Virus record (IMG/VR): IMGVR_UViG_3300014656_000040
Coordinates: 1-49,044 of that record
Length of the DNA: 49,044 nucleotides
Source of the DNA: a virus
Lineage: Duplodnaviria; Caudoviricetes
Reading direction: 5' to 3' (one strand)
This document shows positions 35,426 to 45,621 of this stretch, one piece after another. The position numbers were made by a program, and so were the translations under genes. Positions within the stretch are counted from its first letter, which is position 1, and each line of letters starts with the position of its first letter. The notes under the pieces were generated by a model, which was not told where the DNA came from, made no database searches, and saw only the letters and a program-made list of their open reading frames with translations.

Positions 35426-38341
35426 ATGGCACTTCTGAAAGCCGTAATGGACCCGAGCGGGTTCGCTGCTGGAGCCTCGAAGGTTCAGGCGGAAGCGAAG
35501 AAGACTGGCAATAGCCTGCGTACGATGGGCGTTTCTTCGCAGAAGGCTAATCAGATGGCCGGAAAGCTCAAAAGCACCATCATCGGGCTTGCCGGCGGGT
35601 TCACGGCCCTCCAGATCATCCGTTCTGCGATCAGCAACATCGTCGAGTTTGAAGCCTCGATGGTAAAAGTCCGGAACGTCACTGGAGCAACAGAGGGGCA
35701 GTTCAAGCAGCTCACTGAGAAGGCGCGTGAGCTAGGTGCCGCAACGATGTTTTCGGCCAGCCAAGCCGCAGACGCCCTGCTGTTCCTTGGGCGCGCTGGA
35801 TTCAGTGTGAACGAGTCTTTGGCGTCTGTCGGAGCGGTCATGGACTTGGCCGCTGTGTCCGGCATGGATCTTGGCCAGGTGGCAGATATAACGTCGAACG
35901 TGCTGCGTCAATTCGGACTAGAGGCGCAGAGCATGGACCGTGTCGTTGACGCGCTGAACAACACGGCGAATAACTCCAATACCACGATTGATTCGTTGGC
36001 TCAGGGACTTATCTTTGCTGGCCCTGTTGCGAAAATGGCTGGCCGTTCGCTGGAGGAGACGGCGGCGGCAATTGGTGTACTGGGGGATGCTGGCATTCCA
36101 GCGTCAATGGCTGGCCGAGGCTTGCGAACTATCATGCTGTCTCTCGCGAGCGCAACACCAGACGCTAAAGAGGCGATAAAGGAGCTTGGTCTTTCCATTG
36201 AGGACGTTTCCCCGGCAACAAATGACTTTGCGACCGTATCCGAGCGTCTATATAAGGCATTTGCGAAAATAGAGAACCCAACTCGGCGACTATCTCTTGC
36301 TGGGACTATTTTCGGCAAAGAAGGCGTTTCTTCTGCGGGAGTGCTTATGGCTGCGTTCGCGCGCCAACGCGAACTTCAGCAGATAATGGATGAGAAGAAG
36401 GGATCTACACATGAGCAATCTGCTGCACAGATGGAAACGATCGCTGGCAAGGCGAAAGCATTGGCATCTGCGTATGAAGAACTAACTCTGCAATCTGGAG
36501 ATGGCGGGGCCGCAGGAGGTATGAAGGTCTTACTCGATGTTCTAACGGATGTCATGCGAGACTTAGGCGGGGTTGAGGGGAGCGCTACAGGAGCGGCGCG
36601 ATCTCTTGAGGGCATCGGCGCTGGTATTGCTGTGTTCTACGGCCTGCGAGCCGCGATTGGATTAGGAACGCTGGCGATGTCAGCCTTCACCGCCGCCCTG
36701 GCTGGCAATCCATTCGGCCTACTCGCCGTTTCGATCGCTACTGTGATCGGCTTGATGGTCGCGTTCCGATCAGAGATGGAAGATCTGCGCAGGGAGGCGG
36801 AGAAACGCCAACACGAGGGCGTGAAGAAAACGGCCTTTGGACGCCTCGCTGGAGTGACAGACCCGAAGCAGTTTGCTCCTGGAGCGGAACCGCTGAAGCT
36901 TCCGTTTGGCTTTGGCGACGACGTTGCTGCTGAGGCGTCAGAGAAGATCGCACAGATGAGCGATAAGACCATCAAAGCGATCACCGAATACAACAAGGAG
37001 ATCCAACGGCTTTCACAGAAGAATCCGCTCGACGATTTCATGTCGCCGGAGACAGCTGAGGAGATCGGCAAAAAAACTCAACTACTCATCGCTACGCTGG
37101 AAGCCGATGGTGCGCCGGCAGCAATTGAGGCGGCAAAGCAGATCAAGGACGTTTTCTTGACTGAACTCGGCGATTTGCCGACAGCAAACATCCCATTGAA
37201 GCTCAAGCTAGAGGAGACTTTCAAACAGATAACAGAGTCGATGAAAGCTCAGAAGCTATTCGGCGACGTAGCTCCAGAGGCTGGCGCAGATACCACCCAA
37301 CCTGCGGGAGTCGATGTTGACGCGCTCAGGCAGATTCAACAGATGCAAGACGATCTAGAACAAGAGATACGGCTGTCTGGCATGTCGGATGAGTCGCGGC
37401 AAGTTGCCATCGGCACCACGCGCTTTCTGTCGCTCGCAGAGCAGGCATATGGAGACGACGTCCAGAAGACGCACGAAGCGACGATGGCTTATCAGAATGG
37501 GCTGAAGCAGTTGAATGCAGAGCGCCAGAAAGCGATAGCGATTCAGCAAGAAGCAGCCGACGCAGAGGCGCGTGAAGCTGCTGCCAGGCAAAACGCGATT
37601 CAGCAGATGGGCCAAGAAGCGAACATGCTCAACCAATTGCAATCGCAAACAGGAAACCAAGCTACGGGTGGTGCACAATCGTTGTTATCCGATCAACAGA
37701 GCGTTGGCGAACAACTGGGTGCGGCAATCGCTCACTCATTCGTGAGTAATATCACCAGTGGCAAGGCCGACTTTTCTGGGCTTGCTAATGCAGTCATGGA
37801 TCAAATGGTCACTAAGCCGATGGGAGACATGTTTGCGTCGGCATTGAGCGGTATCCTGGGCCCGCTGCAAAGTCCAAGCGAATTGAACATCAACGCTGGC
37901 ACGGTCTACCTGAGCGGAAACATCACCGGCGGTGGTGGTAGCGGGGGCGGCGGCGTTGATTACGGCATGGGAGGCATGGAGGGGTTCGGCGGATTCACTG
38001 GAGACCCGGCTGGGGGTGGCTTCTTCGCCAAGGGCGCCATCTTCGACTTTGCTGGCGGGGGTATCTTCGACCGCGAGCAGCGATTCAGTTTCGGTAACGC
38101 GAAGCGCGGGCGGCTGGCAGAGCGTGGGCCTGAAGCGCTTATGCCGGTGCGGCAGATGCCCGGCGGCGATCTCGGAGTGCAAGCGTCGCTGTCTGGCTCG
38201 AGCGGGCGCAGCGGCGGTGAAGGCAATCCAGTGTCGATCACGACCAATCAATACATCACCACGCCAGATGCCGGATCATTTCGCAAGGCACGGGCGCATA
38301 TCGAGCAGGATCAACAGAGAGCGGCGAGGCGCATGCAATGA
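35426..38341 (+). CDS. Tape measure protein (TP901-family domain)
   Basis: FEASMVKV...ARELGAATMFSASQAADAL..LGRAG, and C-terminal FAKG...ERGPEALMP. Confidence 0.92.
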   Translation: MALLKAVMDPSGFAAGASKVQAEAKKTGNSLRTMGVSSQKANQMAGKLKSTIIGLAGGFTALQIIRSAISNIVEFEASMVKVRNVTGATEGQFKQLTEKARELGAATMFSASQAADALLFLGRAGFSVNESLASVGAVMDLAAVSGMDLGQVADITSNVLRQFGLEAQSMDRVVDALNNTANNSNTTIDSLAQGLIFAGPVAKMAGRSLEETAAAIGVLGDAGIPASMAGRGLRTIMLSLASATPDAKEAIKELGLSIEDVSPATNDFATVSERLYKAFAKIENPTRRLSLAGTIFGKEGVSSAGVLMAAFARQRELQQIMDEKKGSTHEQSAAQMETIAGKAKALASAYEELTLQSGDGGAAGGMKVLLDVLTDVMRDLGGVEGSATGAARSLEGIGAGIAVFYGLRAAIGLGTLAMSAFTAALAGNPFGLLAVSIATVIGLMVAFRSEMEDLRREAEKRQHEGVKKTAFGRLAGVTDPKQFAPGAEPLKLPFGFGDDVAAEASEKIAQMSDKTIKAITEYNKEIQRLSQKNPLDDFMSPETAEEIGKKTQLLIATLEADGAPAAIEAAKQIKDVFLTELGDLPTANIPLKLKLEETFKQITESMKAQKLFGDVAPEAGADTTQPAGVDVDALRQIQQMQDDLEQEIRLSGMSDESRQVAIGTTRFLSLAEQAYGDDVQKTHEATMAYQNGLKQLNAERQKAIAIQQEAADAEAREAAARQNAIQQMGQEANMLNQLQSQTGNQATGGAQSLLSDQQSVGEQLGAAIAHSFVSNITSGKADFSGLANAVMDQMVTKPMGDMFASALSGILGPLQSPSELNINAGTVYLSGNITGGGGSGGGGVDYGMGGMEGFGGFTGDPAGGGFFAKGAIFDFAGGGIFDREQRFSFGNAKRGRLAERGPEALMPVRQMPGGDLGVQASLSGSSGRSGGEGNPVSITTNQYITTPDAGSFRKARAHIEQDQQRAARRMQ

Positions 38342-39336
38342 CGTTCTACGAGATCAACTATCCGCTGGTTCCGAACGAGGGAACGCTTTCCGGTCCAGGC
38401 GCGAATACCAACGTGGTCGCAATGGATTCCGGACAAGAGAATGCTGTGCAGCGATGGTCGCAGATCCGCAGGCATATGGATGTGGCACACCACATTCAGA
38501 GCCATGATGACGTGCGCGAGTTGATCGAGTTCTATCATCGCGTTGGTGGCCCGGCGAATGGCTTCCGCGTTAAGGACTGGTCGGACTACGCGACCAACGA
38601 CAAGGGGAGGCTTTGGGGCGATGATAGCCCGAGTGCGGTTGCATATACTGATGTCGTGATCGGCATTGGCAATGGAATAAACACGCAATTCCAGTTGAAG
38701 AAAATTTACGGGTCGACGGCACCGCAGTACAACCGCAAGATTACGAAGCCCGTGGCTGGAACTGTTCTGAGTGGTTTGGCTGCCGTACAAAAGATTGAAG
38801 GAACCCACTGGACTGTCGACACAACGACCGGGATTATCACCTACACCACGCCACCTGGAGATGGTGTAGAGGTGACCGCTGGGTGCGAATTTGATGTCCC
38901 AATGAGGTTCGGCGTTACGCTCGACGAGATGTTGCCAGCGACGATGGACGATCACGGCTCTTCGTCCGTGCGCTCCGTCCCGATGGTTGAGCTGCTTGAT
39001 CCGTCTGCTGCTGATGAGCACCACAACTTCGGCGGCTCCTACGATGCTGAGTTTGGCGCGGACATCTCTATCTCGATGCTGACGGGGCGTTTCATCGCAT
39101 TGCGAGCGACGACAACTGGCCGCAAAGTCAATCTGCCGGCAAAGGCGACAGTGCCAGACGGCGGCGAGATCTTCTGTATCACAAACAAGGGGACGGGAGG
39201 AGATGACTCGTTCTACGTGTATGACTCGGACACGACGACGAGCCTGCTAGAACTCGCCGTTGGTGAGGCAGCATTCGTTTACCTCGGCAGGCACCCTACA
39301 ACGCAAGCGGCGACGTGGTACGCTTTTCAGGTGTAA
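38338..39336 (+). CDS. DUF2460-like (GTA-type) distal tail protein with C-terminal extension
   Basis: SGQE....W...GPANGFRVKDWSDY...FQLKKIY...RKITKPVAGTV...AGCEFDVPMRF. Confidence 0.88.
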   Translation: MTFYEINYPLVPNEGTLSGPGANTNVVAMDSGQENAVQRWSQIRRHMDVAHHIQSHDDVRELIEFYHRVGGPANGFRVKDWSDYATNDKGRLWGDDSPSAVAYTDVVIGIGNGINTQFQLKKIYGSTAPQYNRKITKPVAGTVLSGLAAVQKIEGTHWTVDTTTGIITYTTPPGDGVEVTAGCEFDVPMRFGVTLDEMLPATMDDHGSSSVRSVPMVELLDPSAADEHHNFGGSYDAEFGADISISMLTGRFIALRATTTGRKVNLPAKATVPDGGEIFCITNKGTGGDDSFYVYDSDTTTSLLELAVGEAAFVYLGRHPTTQAATWYAFQV

Positions 39337-39340
39337 TCAC

Positions 39341-39715
39341 ATGGTATCTGAAGCCTCATACTTTGGCAGAGTGCTTGCGGGGCCGATCGCTGGGACCATC
39401 TATCTGCTTGCACCAGAGCCATCGGCTCCGCGTATGTGGATCATGAATGCCGTGGCCACGACGCTGCTGCGTTTGCCATACACAGGCATCATCGGTGCAG
39501 CAAGATCGAAGACCAATCACATGACGCAAGAGGGGTCTAGGATTTACTGCCTGGTGAATCACACGATCTCTGCTGTTTCTATCACGCTCCAGAATGCCAA
39601 TGGGGTTTGGATTGCGACGCTTGCGCCTGACACGATCTCTGTTGTAAGCCTGCGCGCTTTGAATCCCCCATATGGGACGTGGCATGTCTCTACACATGCC
39701 CTGATAGACCTATGA
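39341..39715 (+). CDS. Hypothetical tail-tip protein
   Basis: Start ATG 39341, beta-rich, ATGA overlap with the next gene. Confidence 0.55.
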   Translation: MVSEASYFGRVLAGPIAGTIYLLAPEPSAPRMWIMNAVATTLLRLPYTGIIGAARSKTNHMTQEGSRIYCLVNHTISAVSITLQNANGVWIATLAPDTISVVSLRALNPPYGTWHVSTHALIDL

Positions 39716-40662
39716 TCCCGCTAGACAATGTAATGCGCACGCTAAAGAGATACCGCACCAAGACGTGGTGCCGATGCTTTAAGCTCACTCTTCAAGACGC
39801 TACGATCCTACGATTTACGGATCACGATATGGAGCTGGAGTTCAAGGAGGGTGGCTCCACTGCGTATACGTACACGCCGGCCAATGCGCCAAATCTTGCC
39901 TCGCAACGGTGGACCGCAGAATCTACGCCCGACTCATCTGAATTCGAGGGATTTGTCCTTGACTCACCTGCCATCAATCATCAGAGCATCCGAGAAGGAT
40001 TGTATGACCGTGCGCAGGTGGACATCTACGTCGTGAACTGGCGCTATCCGTGGGCCGGTCACTTTCGGCACGATCGCTACTGGATGCACGACATTGACTA
40101 TTCTGGCGAGTTGTGGACAGCAGAGATCCGTTCGCTGATGGCGCAAATCGAGTTCATCCTCAATCGCGTGCATAACAAACGCTGCGACGAGAATCTTTTC
40201 GGTGAGCGCTGCAAGGTAGAGGAAACTGGAGACTATGCGGCAAAGGATGGCGAGGTTGCTGTGGTTGATAGTCTGAGTGATGGCCCGGACCATGCACGAA
40301 TGAGATTCGAAGGCGGGGTTAGTGACGACTTTAACACGCATCCTGCATCCGGATATGCTGCGGCGATTCTGGACAACTGGTGGCGGCATGGCACGTTGAC
40401 ATGGACGAGCGGTAACAATGTCATCACGGGTAAGTCGAGTTATGAAGTGCAGTACTTCAACCGGACCTATGCCACTCTACAGCTCTGGACACCGACTCCG
40501 CACGATATCGAAGTTGGCGATACATTCACCATCCGCTGCGGTTGCGACAAGTCGATGCATGGTCATTGTCGGAAAAAGTTCGATAACATCGCGAATTATC
40601 AAGGCTTCGCCATGATGCCAACGGCCAAGCGAATGGCAAAGGCGGGAGCGATGGTGTTGTAA
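39712..40662 (+). CDS. DUF2163/BR0599-like baseplate hub protein
   Basis: LRFTDHD, GLYDRAQV.IY.VNW, RCDENLFGERC, GDTFTIRCGCDKS...CRKKFDNIANYQGF (Fe-S type Cys motif). Confidence 0.88.
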   Translation: MIPLDNVMRTLKRYRTKTWCRCFKLTLQDATILRFTDHDMELEFKEGGSTAYTYTPANAPNLASQRWTAESTPDSSEFEGFVLDSPAINHQSIREGLYDRAQVDIYVVNWRYPWAGHFRHDRYWMHDIDYSGELWTAEIRSLMAQIEFILNRVHNKRCDENLFGERCKVEETGDYAAKDGEVAVVDSLSDGPDHARMRFEGGVSDDFNTHPASGYAAAILDNWWRHGTLTWTSGNNVITGKSSYEVQYFNRTYATLQLWTPTPHDIEVGDTFTIRCGCDKSMHGHCRKKFDNIANYQGFAMMPTAKRMAKAGAMVL

Positions 40663-43577
40663 TGGGCAGCTTAGGTCTTAACAACGGGGACTCTGGTGGC
40701 GGGACGCAAGGCCCTGGGCCGGCGCTCGGGAACGTCTTCCGCAACGAGAACCAAGCGAAGCGATACATCAAGGCCTTGCGCGACTCGCGGTCAGTGATAG
40801 CGACAGAAGGCGCCTGGATGCCATTATTACAGGGCCGCCGAATTCGCGTTGCTGGAACGATCATCTATTGCTCCGATCACAACGTCTATGAAACCAGCAA
40901 TGATTTTGAAGGCGAGAACGATCTGACAGAGGAAGGCGTTACGGTACATCAGACCGTGTGGCAGACGCGCGTAACAATGGTCATTGCGTTCGGCATCGGG
41001 CTGAGCGGTATCAATGACGCGGGAAAGATCCGCGACTTCATCACGATCAATGCTGGTGGTATCAAGGTGTGGACGATCACGTCGGCCGCATCTTCGAAGT
41101 ACTATACGCGCCTCAATATCCACAAGGGCGGAATAGACGGCTCTGTTGATTCTGATTTCGAGAACGAAAAGGGGTCTGGAAGAGTCCCAGCGCATAGGTA
41201 CTGTGCTTACATCGTCATCAAAGCGCTGAAGCTCGAAAAGTTTGGCAACTCGATTCCGACAGATTGGGAGGCGGTCATTCAGGTGGATGATCTCTCTTAC
41301 CTCGTGAGCGATGCGATCTCTGACATCTGGAAGAAAGATCCGAACCGATCACTCGGTGAGATTGATGTCTCGAATGCAAGAGGAGACAACACAAGCGTTA
41401 CCGGAGATGCATCAACCATTGTGGCAGATGGTCAGTTTGAGGGAGCGATCTGGGAAGGTCCGACAACTGCGCGTGAAGCGATCGAAACAATCAAGATGGG
41501 ATACGACCTATGGCATCGTGAGCGTGCTGGAAAGGCGTATTTCTATGATCGTGGCGATGAGGAGATCTACCCTGTAACTGATTTGCTGGACGAATCCGGA
41601 GCTATCATCGGCTGCGCTGATGTTGGGGCGTCTGAAGACAAAAGCGGATCGGAACGCCCGATTCAATTCCATCGATCTACTCCGTTAAACAAGGTTCCGA
41701 CTGAAGTCGATGTCGGCTTCTATTCGCAGAAGATGGAATTCCAGCGCGATTCAACACGCAAACGACTGGTTAATGACGCAGATACAAACGGCGTCAATGT
41801 GGTAGAGATCGACCTGCCGTTGGTGCTCTCGCAAAAGGCGTCTCGGAGAATCGCGTGCCGAAGGATTGTTGAGGCACACAAGGAGAACATCGAGGCCGTC
41901 ATCAATCTGTCGCCAAGTTACGTGGATGTTGAGTGCCAGGATATTCTGGCTGTCGTCAATTCTGACGATGATCAGCGCTACTACATTCGGGCTGACGAAG
42001 TCACCATTGGAAACAATTTCATGGTAACTGTGACGGGGCAAGTTGTCGAGATCCGCAATAGCAATGCCGCCCTCTTGACCTCTATTCCGGCGCTGTTCTC
42101 GGGCACTGATAGCCCTGGCGATACGATTGACGCTGCCGACGACAGTGAACCAGGCATCGGTGATGGCGACAGCCCGGACGATGGCGACGACTACTTTAAG
42201 CAGGCGATGATAACGCAGATCATCAGCGCGCCGCCGGTCTCAGCGTTTTCTGCGTCAGCGCTCACGTTTGTATTCACGCATGCATTCCTCAATCACTCGG
42301 CAAACTTCGATGGCTCTACCGTGTACCGCAGTTTGACCGGAACAGGTGCATGGACCGAATTGACCGCGCAAGAGTATAAGCGCGAATACCCGGTTGGTTT
42401 TGCATTAGCAGCAGCTCCTGCGCAAGCTGATGCGGCATGGGGGGCATATCTCGACACTGAGAGCGAGATCGACATCTGCATGCATCACCTTGGCGATGAA
42501 CTCGAGAGCATCACTGACGAGGAATTCGTTGTTACCACGAGGAATCGGTTCTTGATCGGAGATGAGGTTGTACAAGCGCGGGACATAGCAACGTTAGCAG
42601 CGGTGTCGGCGTCAGAAACGATGTCCGTGAGCGCTTCCGCGCACATCATAACGCGGGCGAGCGGTACATGGGCTGGAGACGGATTCGCCGTAGGCCAACT
42701 CGTGCGGTTGCGGGGCTTCGTCAACAACGCGAAAGAGCCTATCGGCAACGATCGCGTGGAATTCATCGTTGCGCTTGGCAGTGGCGGCACCGCGAACCAG
42801 ATGGTGATTTCCGTCCTGCAAGGCGACACACTCGTTGATGAGACGTTGACAGCAGGCGTGATTGCTACTGCGGTAGAAACCAATACATCATACAGATTGT
42901 CGCATCTAATCCGTGGTCTGCGCGATACAGCAGACCATACGTCAGGGCATGCGGTATCCGATGTGGCGCTGCGCTACGAGCCAACGGCAATGCATCAGAT
43001 CACGCTCGGCGACAACAAGTATAGGACTCACAGGTTCTACCGATCCGTTTGCTCTGAGAGCACAGCCGGGGACGCTCTCACGACGATGTTTCATGCCTAC
43101 GTTAGCGGCGAATCTCAAAGGCCGTTCAGGCCGGTACATCTCCACTATCTACGCGGCGATCAATACGGGCTTGGCGGAACCGACCCAGAGAATGTGGTCA
43201 AGCTGCGTTGGCTACATCAGACGCGGTTACCAGATGAAGATCCCACAGGTCCATTCCTACATGCGAAACTGTATGGACGCGAGAAGTACACGGTAGAAAT
43301 CTACTTCGATTCGGGGCTGTCGTCGTTGGCATCTGCGCGTGTTTACAAGTACCTGCTACATGACGACAACAGGGTATGTGAGTTCAGCTATACGAATGCG
43401 TTACAAACAACGGATGGATTCACCCCCGGCGATGAGTTCTGGGTGCGGATTCGGCAGATCGGTGCGGTTGTGATTGAAGGAAACTGGAGTGAGACGCTGC
43501 ACGTCCAATCGGAGGCAACATACCGACCTCCGACTGGTGGGCTAGCGCTCGCAACGTCTGAGGTGGGGACGCTATGA
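40662..43577 (+). CDS. Central tail fibre / GTA megatron-like protein
   Basis: MPLLQGRRIRVAGTII, VPAHRYCAYIVI..L.L..FGNSIP, NRFLIGDEVVQ, YRLSHLIRGLRDT. Confidence 0.82.
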   Translation: MGSLGLNNGDSGGGTQGPGPALGNVFRNENQAKRYIKALRDSRSVIATEGAWMPLLQGRRIRVAGTIIYCSDHNVYETSNDFEGENDLTEEGVTVHQTVWQTRVTMVIAFGIGLSGINDAGKIRDFITINAGGIKVWTITSAASSKYYTRLNIHKGGIDGSVDSDFENEKGSGRVPAHRYCAYIVIKALKLEKFGNSIPTDWEAVIQVDDLSYLVSDAISDIWKKDPNRSLGEIDVSNARGDNTSVTGDASTIVADGQFEGAIWEGPTTAREAIETIKMGYDLWHRERAGKAYFYDRGDEEIYPVTDLLDESGAIIGCADVGASEDKSGSERPIQFHRSTPLNKVPTEVDVGFYSQKMEFQRDSTRKRLVNDADTNGVNVVEIDLPLVLSQKASRRIACRRIVEAHKENIEAVINLSPSYVDVECQDILAVVNSDDDQRYYIRADEVTIGNNFMVTVTGQVVEIRNSNAALLTSIPALFSGTDSPGDTIDAADDSEPGIGDGDSPDDGDDYFKQAMITQIISAPPVSAFSASALTFVFTHAFLNHSANFDGSTVYRSLTGTGAWTELTAQEYKREYPVGFALAAAPAQADAAWGAYLDTESEIDICMHHLGDELESITDEEFVVTTRNRFLIGDEVVQARDIATLAAVSASETMSVSASAHIITRASGTWAGDGFAVGQLVRLRGFVNNAKEPIGNDRVEFIVALGSGGTANQMVISVLQGDTLVDETLTAGVIATAVETNTSYRLSHLIRGLRDTADHTSGHAVSDVALRYEPTAMHQITLGDNKYRTHRFYRSVCSESTAGDALTTMFHAYVSGESQRPFRPVHLHYLRGDQYGLGGTDPENVVKLRWLHQTRLPDEDPTGPFLHAKLYGREKYTVEIYFDSGLSSLASARVYKYLLHDDNRVCEFSYTNALQTTDGFTPGDEFWVRIRQIGAVVIEGNWSETLHVQSEATYRPPTGGLALATSEVGTL

Positions 43578-43942
43578 CCGACCAAGAGATTCTCAATGTA
43601 CCGCGCTACATCTCTGGGCAAAAGAACGGCCATATCACGCTCGGAGAGCACAAGAACGCCGTGGCAAGAGGGCCTCAATTGGTAGCAGAGAGTCGGACAG
43701 TGAATGATCCGACTGGGTTCACTCCAAGCAACGGCCAAGCGTGGGTCATTGGTACGAGCGCTGTCGACGTGTGGGCTGGGCTCGATGGAAATGTGGCCAT
43801 GTACTATGACGAGTGGTTCTATAGAGACCTCAACGACGGAGAGATCTTTAGCGTGTTAGACGAGGGCACTGGATCTCCGACGCGCGGGCGAGTGTATTTC
43901 AATGCCGCCGGAACTCACGTTTCCATCTACACGACGCCATAA
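43574..43942 (+). CDS. DUF2793-like protein, copy 1
   Basis: GQAWVIG....DVWAGLDGNVAMYY.EW.Y....DGE....LDEG. Confidence 0.75.
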   Translation: MTDQEILNVPRYISGQKNGHITLGEHKNAVARGPQLVAESRTVNDPTGFTPSNGQAWVIGTSAVDVWAGLDGNVAMYYDEWFYRDLNDGEIFSVLDEGTGSPTRGRVYFNAAGTHVSIYTTP

Positions 43943-43959
43943 GGACTGAGGGCTGACAA

Positions 43960-44316
43960 ATGACTGTGCATGCGATTCTCGGTGGAGAGCCTCAGATTGA
44001 AGGTCAGGATCTCAAGGAAGAGACGATCAACGAGGCATTCAATCGCTACGCACACGGCCCGATTCTCGTGATTCAAGATCGTGACTTGACCGCCCCGCCA
44101 GGCGGTGAGAATGAGGGTGAGAATTGGCTGGTCGCGGCGACTGGATCAGGTGCGTGGGCTGGGCATGACGGAGAGGTGGCGACGTGGTTTTGCGGATGGC
44201 GCTTCCGCGATCTGATTGACGGGGAGATCCTAATGATCGTCGATGAGGGGAGCACCTACTCGATTTCGATGTGGTACAACAATCTCGGGACGCTCAACAA
44301 GATGTGGGAGATCTGA
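43960..44316 (+). CDS. DUF2793-like protein, copy 2
   Basis: KEETINEA...DRDLTAPPG...GENWLVAATGSGAWAGHDGEVA.W..GWRF. Confidence 0.82.
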   Translation: MTVHAILGGEPQIEGQDLKEETINEAFNRYAHGPILVIQDRDLTAPPGGENEGENWLVAATGSGAWAGHDGEVATWFCGWRFRDLIDGEILMIVDEGSTYSISMWYNNLGTLNKMWEI

Positions 44317-44319
44317 GAG

Positions 44320-44667
44320 ATGGTGCAATCAGTGCTCGGCGGCGAATACTATGTGCAGTACCAGACAGAGGGGGCTGAAACGGTCAACGATCACCTGAAT
44401 CGGGCTGCACATCGCCCGTGGCCCATCGTGATCGACAAGGATCTGATCTCGCCTCCTGGCGGGGAGAGCGACGGCGACTGCTACTATGTCGCGTCTGGAG
44501 GGATCAACAATTGGCTGGGGCATGATGGAGAGCTGGCGATGTACTATGGTGGGTGGCTGTATCGCGAGATGATCCACGGCGAGGTGATCCAAGTGCTAGA
44601 CGAGGGGACCAATGCCAAGATCTACGCGAACGATGGCGGGGTGCTGCGAGAGCTGGCGAGTATTTGA
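44320..44667 (+). CDS. DUF2793-like protein, copy 3
   Basis: DKDLISPPG..SDGDCYYVA.....WLGHDGELAMYYGGW. Confidence 0.82.
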   Translation: MVQSVLGGEYYVQYQTEGAETVNDHLNRAAHRPWPIVIDKDLISPPGGESDGDCYYVASGGINNWLGHDGELAMYYGGWLYREMIHGEVIQVLDEGTNAKIYANDGGVLRELASI

Positions 44668-44885
44668 CCATGTTCAGGGAGCCACGGCTAGTTCACGTGA
44701 GAAGCGCCCAGGAGCTCGCTACGCGACGCGGGATCTATGTGGCTGTATGGGTGCCAACCACCACTACCGCGTAGCGTGGTGGCCCGTTTCTGCGCGAAAT
44801 CTGGCGGTTCTGGCGCATCAGAACGGATTGAGACCTTACCAGATGGCGAATCCACAAAAACGACAGACGTGAGGGGGTCGATCCC

Positions 44886-45161
44886 ATGCCGGTAGAAGAC
44901 AGACTCGAGAGGATCGAAACAAAGCTCACCAACCTGAATCAACAGGTTGGCGGGCTCATGGCCCGGATCGACGGTCACGTTTGCGGAGAGAGCGGCCAGC
45001 TCGATCGGATCGAGGCGTCGGTCGACCGGCTGAAGCGACTTTACACGCAGGTAGCCATCCTGGAGGATCGGCACGACAGCCAGCGCTGGTGGAATCGGTC
45101 CTTCATAATCACCTTGTTCGGACTCGTCAGTGCGTGGGTGGCGACAAAGATCCGGTGGTAG
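44886..45161 (+). CDS. Coiled-coil protein with C-terminal transmembrane helix (XhlA/holin-like)
   Basis: Heptad N-terminus and hydrophobic SFIITLFGLVSAWVA. Last gene of the late operon. Confidence 0.6.
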   Translation: MPVEDRLERIETKLTNLNQQVGGLMARIDGHVCGESGQLDRIEASVDRLKRLYTQVAILEDRHDSQRWWNRSFIITLFGLVSAWVATKIRW

Positions 45162-45180
45162 GCCCATTCAGCAGCAGATC

Positions 45181-45438
45181 TCATGATCTGAAGTTCGTCA
45201 CGGCATCAGACCCAAACAGCCTGATTGCCATCTCGTCATACTTCATCGCGGCTTCCTCGGCGGTTTTTCCATGTCCGCAGTAGACTTTCTTGAACCTGCC
45301 GCGCACCCTGATGTACGCCTCGTATCCACTCCTCTTCTTCTTCACACCGAGGAACCCGGTCTTGTTAATGCCATGGTATAGATACCATGCGGTGATATCT
45401 CTGGGGTGAATGGACTCAAATGCTTTCAGTCTGCTCAC
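45181..45438 (-). CDS. Stand-alone AP2 DNA-binding domain protein
   Basis: NKTGFLGV....YEAYIRV....YCG...TAEEAAMKYDEMAIRLFGSDAVTNF. Confidence 0.8.
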   Translation of the reverse strand: MSRLKAFESIHPRDITAWYLYHGINKTGFLGVKKKRSGYEAYIRVRGRFKKVYCGHGKTAEEAAMKYDEMAIRLFGSDAVTNFRS

Positions 45439-45621
45439 AGGTCATCCTCCGTACCAGATCCGGTCGGGAATCAGCCCGGCAACAGCGCCCATCTTTTCAA
45501 GAATCGCCGGGCCGGCAACACCTCTGCCAGCCGGCCCAGCGGTGCCGGGAACGCTCCCGGCGTTAGCCTTTCTGAACCAGCTCTCGCATGCGGCGTCGCT
45601 CGTGGTGCTTGAATCGAACCT

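Noticed and set aside
43574-44667. Diversity-generating retroelement behind the tail paralogs
   Set aside because: No reverse transcriptase and no adenine-specific TR/VR pair.
44670-44872. Possible frameshifted small gene (MFREPRL... continuing as ...VAWWPVSARNL)
   Set aside because: No recognisable homology or slippery site. I cannot distinguish a pseudogene, an assembly error or non-coding DNA.
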